Under the pieces are notes generated by a model. The model did no database searches. It was not told where the DNA came from and saw only the letters and a list, made by a program, of their open reading frames with translations. 64,000 bases of DNA from Candidatus Eremiobacteria bacterium (GTDB lineage: Bacteria > Vulcanimicrobiota > Vulcanimicrobiia > Vulcanimicrobiales > Vulcanimicrobiaceae). The first letter of the stretch is position 1. Each line of letters starts with the position of its first letter. The DNA lies in the NCBI GenBank assembly GCA_963758295.1, contig CAVWUU010000002.1:128001-192000 (forward strand), read 5' to 3'. The translations under genes and the position numbers were made by a program. Shown piece after piece: positions 33,294 to 43,622 of this stretch.

Positions 33294-34637
33294 GTGCTCC
33301 TTACCGAAATGCTGCAGCCGAATCAAGTCGCCGGCATCGACGCGATCGTTCGCACCGTGATGCGGGAAGCACACGTTGCCGGATGCTCGGTTGGAATTGC
33401 TCGCCGGGGCCGAATCATCTTTCTCAAGGGCTACGGCTACGCCGACGTCGCCTCGCATCGTCCGCCCGACGGCTACACCATCTACCGCGCCGGCTCCATT
33501 ACGAAGCAGTTCACGGCCGCCGCCATTTTGCAACTCGCCGATCGCAACGCGATCTCACTGGATGCGCCGCTCGGATCTTACGTGCCCGGCGTCGATCGTG
33601 CCGCAGACGTGACGATTGCGCAGTTGCTCGCGCAGCAGAGCGGCATTCCGTCTTACACCGACCCCGGCGCCAGCTTTGCCTCTACGTTGAAGGCCACGCA
33701 CGACTTTCAGCCCGGAACGGCGTGGGCTTACAGCAATACGAACTACTTCTTGCTCGGCATGCTCTTAGCGTCGCAAACGCACGAATCGTATGCGGCAACT
33801 CTGAAGCGTTCAATTTTGCAGCCGCTGCACTTAGTCTCAACCGGCTACGATATTCCACCGTATGCGACCAACGTTGCAACGGGATACCGGTACGACGCAG
33901 GCCGTTACGTTCGGCTCGAGACGGCCGGCGCGGAGGTCGATCGTGTCGGCGGCGCCGGCGCCCTTGCAACGAACGCCGTCGATCTGCTGCATTGGCTCGA
34001 TGCGCTGCAATCCGGGGACGTCGTTTCACCTCGATCCTTTGCGCGCATGACGCACCATGCGACGCTGCGTGACGGCGTTGCGACGCAGTACGGCTACGGC
34101 TTTTTCGTGCGCGACTGGTACGGCCGGCACGTCGCCGAGCATCCGGGAAACATCGACGGATTCAGCGCCGACGACGCACTCGTTCTGGACGACGGCCTCG
34201 AGATTGCGGTGCTGAGCAATGCCGATCGAGTTTCGCTCGTGCCGCTCACTAAGAGTATCGCCGCCATCGTCGATACGCCCAAAGACGCTAACATGTACGC
34301 CGATCGGCCTCGTCCGCCCGAAAATGAGAATCCGGCCGTAACGCAGACTATCAATCGGCTTATCGAGCAATTACGGCAAGGAACGCTCGACCAAAGGTTG
34401 GTGAGCCCGTCGCTCTACGCGGCGTTCACCCCGTCGAAATTGCGCGCGACTGCGGCGACCTTGACGCAACTGGGTAAACCCAGCCTCGTGGAATTCATCG
34501 AGCGGACGCAAAAAAATGGGCTTACCTACGAGAGATATCGTTTGAGTTTCGCCGCTGCGCGTCAATATTGGATGACGCTGGGATATCGCCAGGATGGACG
34601 CATTGACGCACTTACGTTCGAGCCGGACGACGACTGA
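33294..34637 (+). CDS. Serine hydrolase, beta-lactamase/D-aminopeptidase family
   Basis: SITK (SxxK), YSN, HPG; extra C-terminal domain. Confidence 0.92.
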   Translation: MLLTEMLQPNQVAGIDAIVRTVMREAHVAGCSVGIARRGRIIFLKGYGYADVASHRPPDGYTIYRAGSITKQFTAAAILQLADRNAISLDAPLGSYVPGVDRAADVTIAQLLAQQSGIPSYTDPGASFASTLKATHDFQPGTAWAYSNTNYFLLGMLLASQTHESYAATLKRSILQPLHLVSTGYDIPPYATNVATGYRYDAGRYVRLETAGAEVDRVGGAGALATNAVDLLHWLDALQSGDVVSPRSFARMTHHATLRDGVATQYGYGFFVRDWYGRHVAEHPGNIDGFSADDALVLDDGLEIAVLSNADRVSLVPLTKSIAAIVDTPKDANMYADRPRPPENENPAVTQTINRLIEQLRQGTLDQRLVSPSLYAAFTPSKLRATAATLTQLGKPSLVEFIERTQKNGLTYERYRLSFAAARQYWMTLGYRQDGRIDALTFEPDDD

Positions 34638-34643
34638 GTACCG

Positions 34644-36050
34644 GTGAACCGTTTTCTTGCCGCGCTGCTGCTGGCGATCGCGCTCGCCGGCACGCTTCCG
34701 GCGCGCGCTCAGACGCTGATCGTTCCTCTCTCCGGTAAACGCGAACGTACGGTTCAGGCGGAGTCGCTCTTTCATACGCTTTTCCACGACTTCTTTCCGG
34801 AAGACGACGGCACGACGTACGTAGAGACGGGCGACATTCCGGCGATGTGGCTCCGTGATTCCAGCGCGCAAACTATCCCGTACATTCGCTTCCAAGTCGC
34901 ATATCCGATCCTGCGCAAGCGGTTCGCCGGCGTCATCGAACGCAACGCGCGCGCGATCGTCACGGATCCTTATGCGAATGCCTTTCAGGACGACTATCAC
35001 GTTTGGGAGCGCAAATGGGAGATCGACTCGCTTGCGTGGCCGATTCTTCTCACGCAGGTTTATATCGATGCGACGCATGACCATACGATTTTCACCACCG
35101 CGCTTCACGCCGCGATGCGCCGCATCGTGGGAACCTACGCCTGCGAAGAACATCACTCGCGTTGCAAAGAGTATTCTTATCCGTACCACGTGTACACCGA
35201 CGACCGGTATAACGACAATACGGGACTGATTTGGGGCGCGTTCCGCCCTTCCGATGACCCGGTTCAATACCGCTTCAACGTGCCGCAGAATATGATCGCC
35301 GCGATCGCGCTGCACGACATCGTTGCGCTCGCGCTCGACGGTTATCACGACCAATTGCTTTCCAACGAAGCGCTCGCGGTGGAGAAACGCGTCGACGCGG
35401 GCATTTGGGAGTACGGGCGGTATTTCGACGAGAAGCGCGGGACGTGGATCTACGCGTTCGAGACGGACGGAAACGGCCGCTACAACATGATGGACGACGC
35501 CAACATCCCAAACCTCACGACGCTCCCGTATATCGATTGGTGCTCGGCCTTCGATCCCACGTATCTCGCGACACGCAGTTTTACCTTGAGCAAACAGAAT
35601 CCGTGGTATTTCACCGGTCGCTACGGATCGGGATTAGGCAGTCCGCACACACCGTACGGATTCGTCTGGCCGCTCGGCATCATCGGGCGCGCGCTAACCT
35701 CGACGTCGTCGAACGAAGTGCTCGAAGCCGTAACGACGCTCGCCGAAACCGACAGTGAAAACGGAATGATTCACGAGAGCTTTTATCCCGACGGTTATTG
35801 GCGCTACACTCGCCAGGAATTCGGGTGGGCTAATGCCCTTTACGCTGAACTGCTGTTCCGCTCGTTAGCGGGACTGTCAGCGACGGATTTCGTTACAGGC
35901 GGCCGAACCATGTCGCCCCTCGAGCCGCGAAGCCAAACGCCCGTGCTCGTTCCGGAGACGTCGCAGCTAGCAAATTCGGCCGATCTTTTCGAAGCGTTAG
36001 GGCGCTTACTCTATGCCGGGCGGGACGCGGCGATCAATCAGGCGCCGTAA
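34644..36050 (+). CDS. Secreted GH125 exo-alpha-mannosidase
   Basis: TGDIPAMWLRDS, ERKWEIDSL, FRPSDD, MDDANIP, GSPHTP, HESF, FGWAN. Confidence 0.93.
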   Translation: MNRFLAALLLAIALAGTLPARAQTLIVPLSGKRERTVQAESLFHTLFHDFFPEDDGTTYVETGDIPAMWLRDSSAQTIPYIRFQVAYPILRKRFAGVIERNARAIVTDPYANAFQDDYHVWERKWEIDSLAWPILLTQVYIDATHDHTIFTTALHAAMRRIVGTYACEEHHSRCKEYSYPYHVYTDDRYNDNTGLIWGAFRPSDDPVQYRFNVPQNMIAAIALHDIVALALDGYHDQLLSNEALAVEKRVDAGIWEYGRYFDEKRGTWIYAFETDGNGRYNMMDDANIPNLTTLPYIDWCSAFDPTYLATRSFTLSKQNPWYFTGRYGSGLGSPHTPYGFVWPLGIIGRALTSTSSNEVLEAVTTLAETDSENGMIHESFYPDGYWRYTRQEFGWANALYAELLFRSLAGLSATDFVTGGRTMSPLEPRSQTPVLVPETSQLANSADLFEALGRLLYAGRDAAINQAP

Positions 36051-36754
36051 CGGCGCTGCCGGTCGCCGAACGTCCGCACCGCTTCCGCGAAATGTTCCTC
36101 GGTAAAATCCGGCCACATGACGGGCAGCGTAAGCAGTTCGGTATAGGCGAGCTGATAGAGTAAAAAATTCGAAACGCGTTGCTCGGCGCCGGTGCGAATC
36201 AACAAATCGGGGTCCGGCGCATGCGGTGCGTACATCTTCGTGCGAAGCATCGCTTCATCGACGTCGTCGGGATTGACATGGCCGGCAGCCACTTCGCGTG
36301 CAATCGCGCGCGTTGCTCGTAAAATTTCGTCGCGTCCGCTATAGTTCAAGGCAAGCGTTAGAGTAACGCGGCGGTTGTGCGCCGTCGACTTAACGAGATC
36401 GCGCAGGGCCATGCGGGCGGGAAATGCAAACGCGTCCAGTTCGCCGATTACTTCAACGCGAACGCCTTGCTTCACGAGCGACGACTTTTCGCTCTGCGCG
36501 CACGCCGCGTACAGTTGCATAAGCAGCGAGACTTCGCCCGATTCCCGGTTCCAGTTCTCCGTGGAGAATCCGTAGACCGTAATGCGGCGAACGCGCGCAT
36601 TCGCAGCAGCTCGAACGCTGGCTCGGAGGGCATCGATACCTCGCCGGTAGCCCTCAGCGATGGGTAAACCGCGCATCCGCGCCCAACGGCGGTTGCCGTC
36701 CATAATGATGGCCACGTGTTCCGGAATGGTAACGACGGCGGGAGCCTGCATCAT
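36038..36754 (-). CDS. uppS: cis-Prenyltransferase (undecaprenyl diphosphate synthase family)
   Basis: HVAIIMDGNRRWA, FSTENWNR, PDLLIRT..EQRVSNFLL. Confidence 0.93.
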   Translation of the reverse strand: MMQAPAVVTIPEHVAIIMDGNRRWARMRGLPIAEGYRRGIDALRASVRAAANARVRRITVYGFSTENWNRESGEVSLLMQLYAACAQSEKSSLVKQGVRVEVIGELDAFAFPARMALRDLVKSTAHNRRVTLTLALNYSGRDEILRATRAIAREVAAGHVNPDDVDEAMLRTKMYAPHAPDPDLLIRTGAEQRVSNFLLYQLAYTELLTLPVMWPDFTEEHFAEAVRTFGDRQRRYGA

Positions 36755-36759
36755 GCTTT

Positions 36760-36776
36760 ACTTTGTAGCACAAAGT
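36760..36776. promoter_or_regulatory. Palindromic candidate operator
   Basis: ACTTTGT-AGC-ACAAAGT, 5 nt upstream of the uppS ATG in the divergent uppS/tricorn gap. Confidence 0.55.
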
Positions 36777-36851
36777 GATTTCCGCCGCAAGGTGATAGGG
36801 GTCCTAATCCCCGGAGGCCCGGCTGGGCCGCGCAATTAACCATCACGCGTC

Positions 36852-39800
36852 ATGACGCAAGGATATTACCGGTTCCCCACCATTTCCGGGGACACGCTCG
36901 TCTTCGTCTGCGAGGACGATCTCTGGAGCGTGCCATCCGGCGGAGGCGTTGCAAAACGCCTTACGGTGAGCTTCGGTACCTGTCTGACGCCGCGGCTTTC
37001 GCCCAGCGGCGATTGGATCGCATTTATTTCGAACGATGACGGCAACCCTGAAGTCTACGTGATGCCCTCTGCGGGCGGCCAGCCTCGGCGCCTGACCTTT
37101 CTCGGCTCGACCATCGCGCAGATATGCGGATGGAGCGCCGACGGTCGCGACATCCTTTTCGTCGCAAATCCGCGATCTTGGTATGAAGGCGAAACGCGTC
37201 CCTTTAGCATCCCGGCCGACGGCGGTGAACCGCGCGATTTACATCTCGGCCACGGACGCTCGTTTTCGAAGGGCGCGAACGGCACGGTGCTCGGGCGCAA
37301 CGCAACCGATCCGGCGCGGTGGAAACGGTATCGCGGCGGAACGGCCGGTGAAGTTTGGATCGACGCGCACGGAAACGGCGAGTTCGAACGTCTTGGGTTG
37401 CCGGACGGAAACCCGACGTGGCCGATGTGGATCGGCGAGAAGATTTACTTTCTCTCCGATCATGAAGGCATTGGAAACATCTATTCATGCGAGTTCGACG
37501 GCACCGACGTAACGCGCTGCACGCACGAAGCTGAGTATTACGTACGCTTTCCCTCGACCGACGGCAAGCGAATCGTCTACTCGTCGGGCGGCGGGATATC
37601 GCTCTACGACGTTGCAAGCGGTGAAACGCAAGCGTTGAATATCGACACGCCTTCCGCTGAGCCGCAAACGGTTCGACGGTTCGAAGGCGCTTCGGAACAG
37701 TTGGAACATTTTGCGCCGCATCCGGACGGTACGAAGATCGCCTTCGTCTCGCGCGGACAGGCCTTCACGATGCCGCTCTTCGACGGCGCCGTAATTCATT
37801 ACGGCGACGGAAGCAAGTCGCGAATTCGTCTGACGGAGTGGCTTCGCGACGGAAAGAGCTTCGCATGCGTAACGGATCGAAACGGCTACGAACAAATCGC
37901 GACGCATCGCGCCGGCGTTTCAGAGCTGCCTAAGATCGTTACCACCTCAGACATCGGCCGGGTCACGGAACTGGCAATTTCTCCAACGAGCAACGTCGCG
38001 GCGTTCGCAAACCATCGCCACGAGCTGTGCGTCGTGGATTTGGACGACGGCTCGGTTCGCGTTTTAGATACTAGCCCCGCGCGCCGCGTGAGCGATCTTG
38101 CGTTCTCGCCGGACGGAAGGTTCGTCGCCTATGCCTGGTGGCCGGCTTCCGGCACGTCGATTATCCGCGTCGCCAAAGTCAAATCCGGGAAGGTTCGCGA
38201 CATCACGGCGCCGCTGCGCGTGGACCACTCGCCTACATGGGACCCCGAAGGAAAGTATCTCTACTTCATTTCCACGCGCGACTTCAATCCGGTTTACGAT
38301 GCCCTGCAATTCGACCTCAGCTTTCCGCAAGCGCAGCGCCCCTTCGTCGTAACGTTGCGTAACAACGTTCCGTCGCCGTTCGTCCCGTTGCAGAAGCCGA
38401 TTCATCGCGAACACGATCACGAACACGAACACGATCACGACGAGAAGAAAGACGGGAAAGGTGATAGCGTTCGCATCGAAATCGACTTCGACGGCATTCA
38501 AGGCCGCGTGCTGGCCTTTCCGGTCGAAGAGGGCGAGTACCAGCAAATCGTCGCGGTGAAGAACCGCGTGTTATACACCCGTTTTCCGGTGCACGGCATC
38601 AAGCCGGCCGGCCGCGACGACGATGATGAGGAGTCGAACGGCACGCTGCTCGCATACGATTTCGACCAATTGCGTCAGGCGACGATCGCGACCGACTGCG
38701 CCGAGTTGCGCTTAGGCAACGACGGTCACACGCTGGTGTACCGCTCCAACGAACGTCTGCGCGCCATCGATGCGCTCAACGATATTCCCGAAGACGAGCC
38801 CGAAAAACCCTCGCAAGATTTTGGCCGCAAGACCGGCTGGATCGACCTGGATCGCGCGAACGTCGAAATCGTCCCACGCGATGAATGGGCGCAGATGTAC
38901 CGCGAAGCGTGGCGTCTGCAGACCGAGCAATTCTGGGTCGAAGATATGAGCGACATCGACTGGGATCGCGTCTACGATCGCTATAAGGCGGTGCTGCCTC
39001 GCGTCCGCACGCGGACCGAGCTTTCGGATTTGATTTGGGAAATGCAAGGCGAACTCGGAACGTCGCATGCATACGAATACGGGGGCGATCATCGCGTGCC
39101 GCCGCAGTACCAGCGCGGCTTCCTCGGCGCCGACATCGCGTGGGACGCGGATCGAAATGGCTATCGGATCGCGCGCATCTACCGCGGCGACTCGTGGAAT
39201 CGCGATTCGGATTCACCGCTCGCGGAGCCGGGACTCGACATTCACGAAGGCGACGTCCTCGTAGCAATCGGCGGCAAACGCCTCTCGCAAGAGGTTACGC
39301 CCGACCGCCTTTTGATCAACGCCGCAAATAAGGACATTTCGATCACGCTGCAGACAAGCAAAGGCGAAGAACGGACGGTCCTCGTCAAAGCATTGGCAGG
39401 TGAAACATCGTTGCGCTATCGCGCGTGGGTCGAAGGCAACCGCAAGTACGTCCACGACAAAACGAATGGCCGCGTCGGTTACGTGCATATTCCCGACATG
39501 GGACCGTGGGGATTCTCCGAGTTCCATCGCGGCTATCTCAGTGAGTTCAATCGTCAAGGTTTACTCGTTGACGTTCGCTACAACCGGGGCGGTCACGTCT
39601 CTCCTTTGCTGCTCGAGAAGCTTGCGCGTAAACGCGTTGGTTATGATACGCCGCGTTATGGAACCGCAATCCCGTATCCGCCGGAATCGGTGGGCGGCCC
39701 GATGGTCGCGATGACGAATCAGTTTGCGGGTTCGGACGGCGACATCTTCAGCCACTGCTTCAAGCTCTACAAACTCGGCCCGCTCGTCGGCAAACGCACG

Positions 39801-40085
39801 TGGGGCGGCGTCATTGGGATCGAACCGTACCACCACCTCGTCGACGGCACGCTCACGACGCAACCGGAATATTCTTTCTGGTTCATCGACGTGGGCTGGA
39901 AGGTCGAAAACTACGGCACCGATCCTGATTACGACGTGGACATCGCACCTCAAGACTATCGCGACGGCCACGACCCGCAAATGGATTTCGCGCTACGCCT
40001 CATGGACGGCGCACTCGAATCAGCGCAAGACCTACGGCCCGACCTCAGCACCCGCCCTTCACTACCCCTGCCTACCCTGGTGTAG
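36852..40085 (+). CDS. Tricorn protease (S41)
   Basis: Beta-propeller repeats, RWKRYRGGTAG, ELGTSH, PDZ, DVRYNRGG, GSDGD, RTWGG. Confidence 0.96.
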   Translation: MTQGYYRFPTISGDTLVFVCEDDLWSVPSGGGVAKRLTVSFGTCLTPRLSPSGDWIAFISNDDGNPEVYVMPSAGGQPRRLTFLGSTIAQICGWSADGRDILFVANPRSWYEGETRPFSIPADGGEPRDLHLGHGRSFSKGANGTVLGRNATDPARWKRYRGGTAGEVWIDAHGNGEFERLGLPDGNPTWPMWIGEKIYFLSDHEGIGNIYSCEFDGTDVTRCTHEAEYYVRFPSTDGKRIVYSSGGGISLYDVASGETQALNIDTPSAEPQTVRRFEGASEQLEHFAPHPDGTKIAFVSRGQAFTMPLFDGAVIHYGDGSKSRIRLTEWLRDGKSFACVTDRNGYEQIATHRAGVSELPKIVTTSDIGRVTELAISPTSNVAAFANHRHELCVVDLDDGSVRVLDTSPARRVSDLAFSPDGRFVAYAWWPASGTSIIRVAKVKSGKVRDITAPLRVDHSPTWDPEGKYLYFISTRDFNPVYDALQFDLSFPQAQRPFVVTLRNNVPSPFVPLQKPIHREHDHEHEHDHDEKKDGKGDSVRIEIDFDGIQGRVLAFPVEEGEYQQIVAVKNRVLYTRFPVHGIKPAGRDDDDEESNGTLLAYDFDQLRQATIATDCAELRLGNDGHTLVYRSNERLRAIDALNDIPEDEPEKPSQDFGRKTGWIDLDRANVEIVPRDEWAQMYREAWRLQTEQFWVEDMSDIDWDRVYDRYKAVLPRVRTRTELSDLIWEMQGELGTSHAYEYGGDHRVPPQYQRGFLGADIAWDADRNGYRIARIYRGDSWNRDSDSPLAEPGLDIHEGDVLVAIGGKRLSQEVTPDRLLINAANKDISITLQTSKGEERTVLVKALAGETSLRYRAWVEGNRKYVHDKTNGRVGYVHIPDMGPWGFSEFHRGYLSEFNRQGLLVDVRYNRGGHVSPLLLEKLARKRVGYDTPRYGTAIPYPPESVGGPMVAMTNQFAGSDGDIFSHCFKLYKLGPLVGKRTWGGVIGIEPYHHLVDGTLTTQPEYSFWFIDVGWKVENYGTDPDYDVDIAPQDYRDGHDPQMDFALRLMDGALESAQDLRPDLSTRPSLPLPTLV

Positions 40086-40128
40086 CTGCGGCGGGGATAT
40101 CGCATTGACGCGGATGCGAGGCGAGCGC

Positions 40129-42090
40129 TCAGCGTAAGTAAGTAGAGTACCAGTTCAGGGTTTGTTCGAGGATGTCGATTTGGTTGGAAGGGCGGCGTGG
40201 GCCGTGGCCTTCGTCGGCGTAAACGACGAGTTTCGTAGGGACGCCGAGGGTCTTCATTGCATGCCAAAACTCGAAGGCTTGCGGCGCGGGAACTTCTTCG
40301 TCGCGTTCGCCCTGGAGAATGAGGACCGGCGTCTTCGATGCTTTGATGAACGTAATGGGCGAGCTCTTGGCGTAGACGGCGGGGTCGTCGTAGACGGAAG
40401 CACCGAAAAACGGAATCATCCACTGGTCGATTTTGTTTTGACCGTAGTACGATTGCCAGTTTACGATGCCGGCGCCGGCGACGATGGCCTTGAAGCGACG
40501 TGTTTGCGTTTCGGCCCACATGCCCATGTAGCCGCCGTAGCTCCATCCCCAGAGCCCCAGACGATGCGCGTCGATCGATGCATCTTTACTTGCGGCATCG
40601 ACGCCGGCGAGGTCATCGCGCCAATCGCCGTAGCCGAAATCTTTGACGTTTGCAGACGTGAATTTCTCGCCTTGGCCGTAGCTGCCGCGCGGATTCGGTT
40701 CGAACACGAAGTAGCCGTTGCTCGAAAGCGCGGCGATAGTGCGATTTGCGAAGCCCGGAAGCGACTCGGACGACGGACCGCCGTGAACGATCGTGATCAT
40801 CGGATATTTCTTTGCGGCGTTGTAGCCAACCGGATAAATCAGCCAGCCTTGGACGCGATAGCCGCCGCTCGTCCAATTCAACGACTTTGCGGGACCGTTC
40901 AAGGCTTTGGCACCCGCGTTCACGCGCGTGATCTGCGCCAACGCATTCGGCGCTCCCGTCCATATCTCGGGCGCGCGAGTGAACGAGGTTCTAACGAGCG
41001 CGATAGCTTTGCCGCCCTTCGCGATCGAAACGCTGCGTAAGGCTTCCTCACCGCCGACAACGATAGTACGCACACCGGTTGAAGTGTTTAGATCGACCAA
41101 ATGCATTGCGCCGTTGTCGTGCGCCGTCATGTAGATGTGCCGATCGTCGATCCAGTGTAAAGAGGACGCGGAGAGGGGCATATTCGGCGCAGCATCGACG
41201 GCCCTGCCTTTGGCCGGATCCACGAGATACACGTCGCCGCCGACGGAACCGAAATCGCTCATGATGCCGCCGATGACGGCAATGCGTTTGCCGTCGGGTG
41301 ACCACTGCGGATCGTTGATTTGGAATTTCGGCGCAAGGGCATCGTGCATCGCACCGCCGTTCACTGAAACCGTCGCAAGTTTCGCGATCCACCAGTTGTT
41401 ATCGCCGTTGCCCTTCGCGTACGTGAGCGCGGCCACTTTACCGTTCGGCGACCAATCGTATTCGTAGACGTAGTCAGAAGCGGGCGTAATCGCCTGAATC
41501 CGGCCGCTCGAAACATCAACCGTCGCAAGGCGCTGCTCGTCTACCGCCGAGCCGATAACTCCAACGTCGCGAGCGCCCGGCGCAAGGGCGCCGGTGCTGC
41601 GATGAGCGTTTTCAACGTAGAGAACCGATAACGTCGCGCCGTTCGGAAGCCAACGTAAAGCTTGCACGTTGCCATTCATCGAACCAACTTGCCGGATGTT
41701 GCCGCCGTTTGCATCAGCGAGAAAAATTTGCTGCTGCCCGGCCGAACGCGCGTCCGAAAGAAACGCCAGCTGCTTGCCGTCCGGCGACCACACCGGGTTC
41801 TCTTCATCGTAGTACTTTGCCGCAGAGCCCGCGGTGAAACGCTGGGGATCCGCGCCTTGATGCTTGAGGAAAAGCGCCAGGCGGCGCCGCGTTTCGTTCG
41901 CGCCTTGCAGATCGTTGAAGCTTTCTTGCCACGCAACCGTGTTGCCGTCCGGCGAGAGCGCGAGGTCGCCGAGCTCGCGTAACGCGAGCGTCGCCCGAAA
42001 GATTTCTTGCGTTGACGGCGAGGCGGACGCCGGAACCGCAAGCAGATTGAAGGCCGCGCAAAACGCCGCGCCGATCGTAAAACGCTTCAT
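40129..42090 (-). CDS. Secreted S9 (prolyl oligopeptidase/acylaminoacyl) peptidase
   Basis: Signal peptide, PD40-like repeats, HGGP, GWSYGG, GERD, EGH. Confidence 0.95.
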   Translation of the reverse strand: MKRFTIGAAFCAAFNLLAVPASASPSTQEIFRATLALRELGDLALSPDGNTVAWQESFNDLQGANETRRRLALFLKHQGADPQRFTAGSAAKYYDEENPVWSPDGKQLAFLSDARSAGQQQIFLADANGGNIRQVGSMNGNVQALRWLPNGATLSVLYVENAHRSTGALAPGARDVGVIGSAVDEQRLATVDVSSGRIQAITPASDYVYEYDWSPNGKVAALTYAKGNGDNNWWIAKLATVSVNGGAMHDALAPKFQINDPQWSPDGKRIAVIGGIMSDFGSVGGDVYLVDPAKGRAVDAAPNMPLSASSLHWIDDRHIYMTAHDNGAMHLVDLNTSTGVRTIVVGGEEALRSVSIAKGGKAIALVRTSFTRAPEIWTGAPNALAQITRVNAGAKALNGPAKSLNWTSGGYRVQGWLIYPVGYNAAKKYPMITIVHGGPSSESLPGFANRTIAALSSNGYFVFEPNPRGSYGQGEKFTSANVKDFGYGDWRDDLAGVDAASKDASIDAHRLGLWGWSYGGYMGMWAETQTRRFKAIVAGAGIVNWQSYYGQNKIDQWMIPFFGASVYDDPAVYAKSSPITFIKASKTPVLILQGERDEEVPAPQAFEFWHAMKTLGVPTKLVVYADEGHGPRRPSNQIDILEQTLNWYSTYLR

Positions 42091-42171
42091 TCCGCGCTAT
42101 ACGACGGGCTGCCGCCAAAAGCTCCGTGCATCGCATTGCGGCTGGACCTGATAAAATTATCAGTGCATGTA

Positions 42172-42206
42172 TTGACTTATGTTTGTCGACTTTTGTATAA
42201 GGGTAT
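42172..42206 (+). promoter_or_regulatory. Overlapping sigma70-like and SigB/SigF-like promoters of aceA
   Basis: TTGACT-N18-TATAAG (42172-42201) and GTTT-N16-GGGTAT (42181-42206) in an AT-rich intergenic stretch. Confidence 0.5.
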
Positions 42207-42304
42207 AGCAGTCCAACGATTCGCCGCAAGCCATCCAATTGCACCGGTCCAATGTCGTCCAAGAAGCATCCAATTATACTTTCGGAATGTGGAGGGATAC
42301 GTAC

Positions 42305-43621
42305 GTGAGCACCAACGATCGCGCAACCGCTCTGACTAAGAAGTGGGCCGGCGATTCGCGCTGGCAAGGGATCACGCGCCGCTATACCGCGGACGAAGTC
42401 GTGAAATTGCAGGGCAGCATCGTGGTCGAACAAACGCTGGCTCGCCTGGGCGCCGAACGGCTGTGGGAGCAACTGCAACAGCCGGAAGCGACGGCTGCAC
42501 TCGGCACGATGACCGGCGGTCAAGCCGTGCAGGCCGCGAAGGCCGGCCTCAACGCCATCTACTGCAGCGGCTGGCAAGTCGCAGCTGACGCCAATCTCTC
42601 CGGAAACGTGTACCCGGATCAAAGCCTTTATCCGGTGAACAGCGTTCCGCAACTCGTGAAGCGCATCAACAGCGCCATGCAACGCTACGATCAAGTGGAA
42701 ACCGTCGAAGGCCGCGGCGGACCGCAAAATTATCTGCCGGTCGTCGCGGATGCAGAAGCGGGTTTCGGCGGACCGCTTAACGTTTTCGAACTAACGAAGG
42801 CGATGATCGAAGCCGGCGCCGCCGGAATCCATCTCGAGGATCAGCTCAGCTCCGAGAAAAAGTGCGGCCACCTCGGCGGAAAAGTGCTGATTCCGACGCA
42901 ACAAGCGGTTCGTCATCTCGTTTCGGCGCGTTTAGCCGCCGACGTGATGGACGTCCCGACGATCGTCATCGCTCGGACCGACGCCAACGCCGCGACGTTG
43001 ATAACAAGCGACGTCGATCCCATCGACCGCCAATTCGTCACCGGCGAACGCACCCCCGAAGGGTTCTTCCGCACGAAGGAAGGCATCGAGGCCTGCATTG
43101 CACGCGGCTTAGCGTATGCACCGTACGCGGATTTGCTGTGGGTGGAAACGTCGGAACCGAATATCGAGGAAGCGCGCCGGTTCGCCGAAGCGATTCATGC
43201 GAAGTTTCCCGGGAAGCTCCTCGCCTACAACTGCTCGCCGTCGTTCAACTGGAAAAAGAAACTCGACGATCGCGCCATCGCGAGTTTCCGCGACGAACTG
43301 AACGCGCTCGGTTATAAGTTCCAATTCATCACGCTGGCCGGCTTCCACGCGCTCAATTACAGCTTCTTCGAACTGGCCCGCGACTTTAAGTCACGCGGCA
43401 TGTCGGCCTACGCAGAATTCCAGCAAGACGAATTCGCGAGCGAGCAATTCGGCTATACGGCGACGCGCCATCAGCGCGAAGTGGGTACGGGCTACTTCGA
43501 CGAAGTTGCGCAGACGATCAGCGAGGGCCAATCGTCGACGACCGCACTGCACGGTTCGACCGAGGCCGAACAGTTCTATGAAACGGCAGCTACGAAAACC
43601 AAAGAGGTCGCCGCCGTCTAG
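42305..43621 (+). CDS. aceA: Isocitrate lyase
   Basis: [44 protein letters not shown] start after GGAGG. Confidence 0.98.
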   Translation: MSTNDRATALTKKWAGDSRWQGITRRYTADEVVKLQGSIVVEQTLARLGAERLWEQLQQPEATAALGTMTGGQAVQAAKAGLNAIYCSGWQVAADANLSGNVYPDQSLYPVNSVPQLVKRINSAMQRYDQVETVEGRGGPQNYLPVVADAEAGFGGPLNVFELTKAMIEAGAAGIHLEDQLSSEKKCGHLGGKVLIPTQQAVRHLVSARLAADVMDVPTIVIARTDANAATLITSDVDPIDRQFVTGERTPEGFFRTKEGIEACIARGLAYAPYADLLWVETSEPNIEEARRFAEAIHAKFPGKLLAYNCSPSFNWKKKLDDRAIASFRDELNALGYKFQFITLAGFHALNYSFFELARDFKSRGMSAYAEFQQDEFASEQFGYTATRHQREVGTGYFDEVAQTISEGQSSTTALHGSTEAEQFYETAATKTKEVAAV

Positions 43622-43622
43622 C

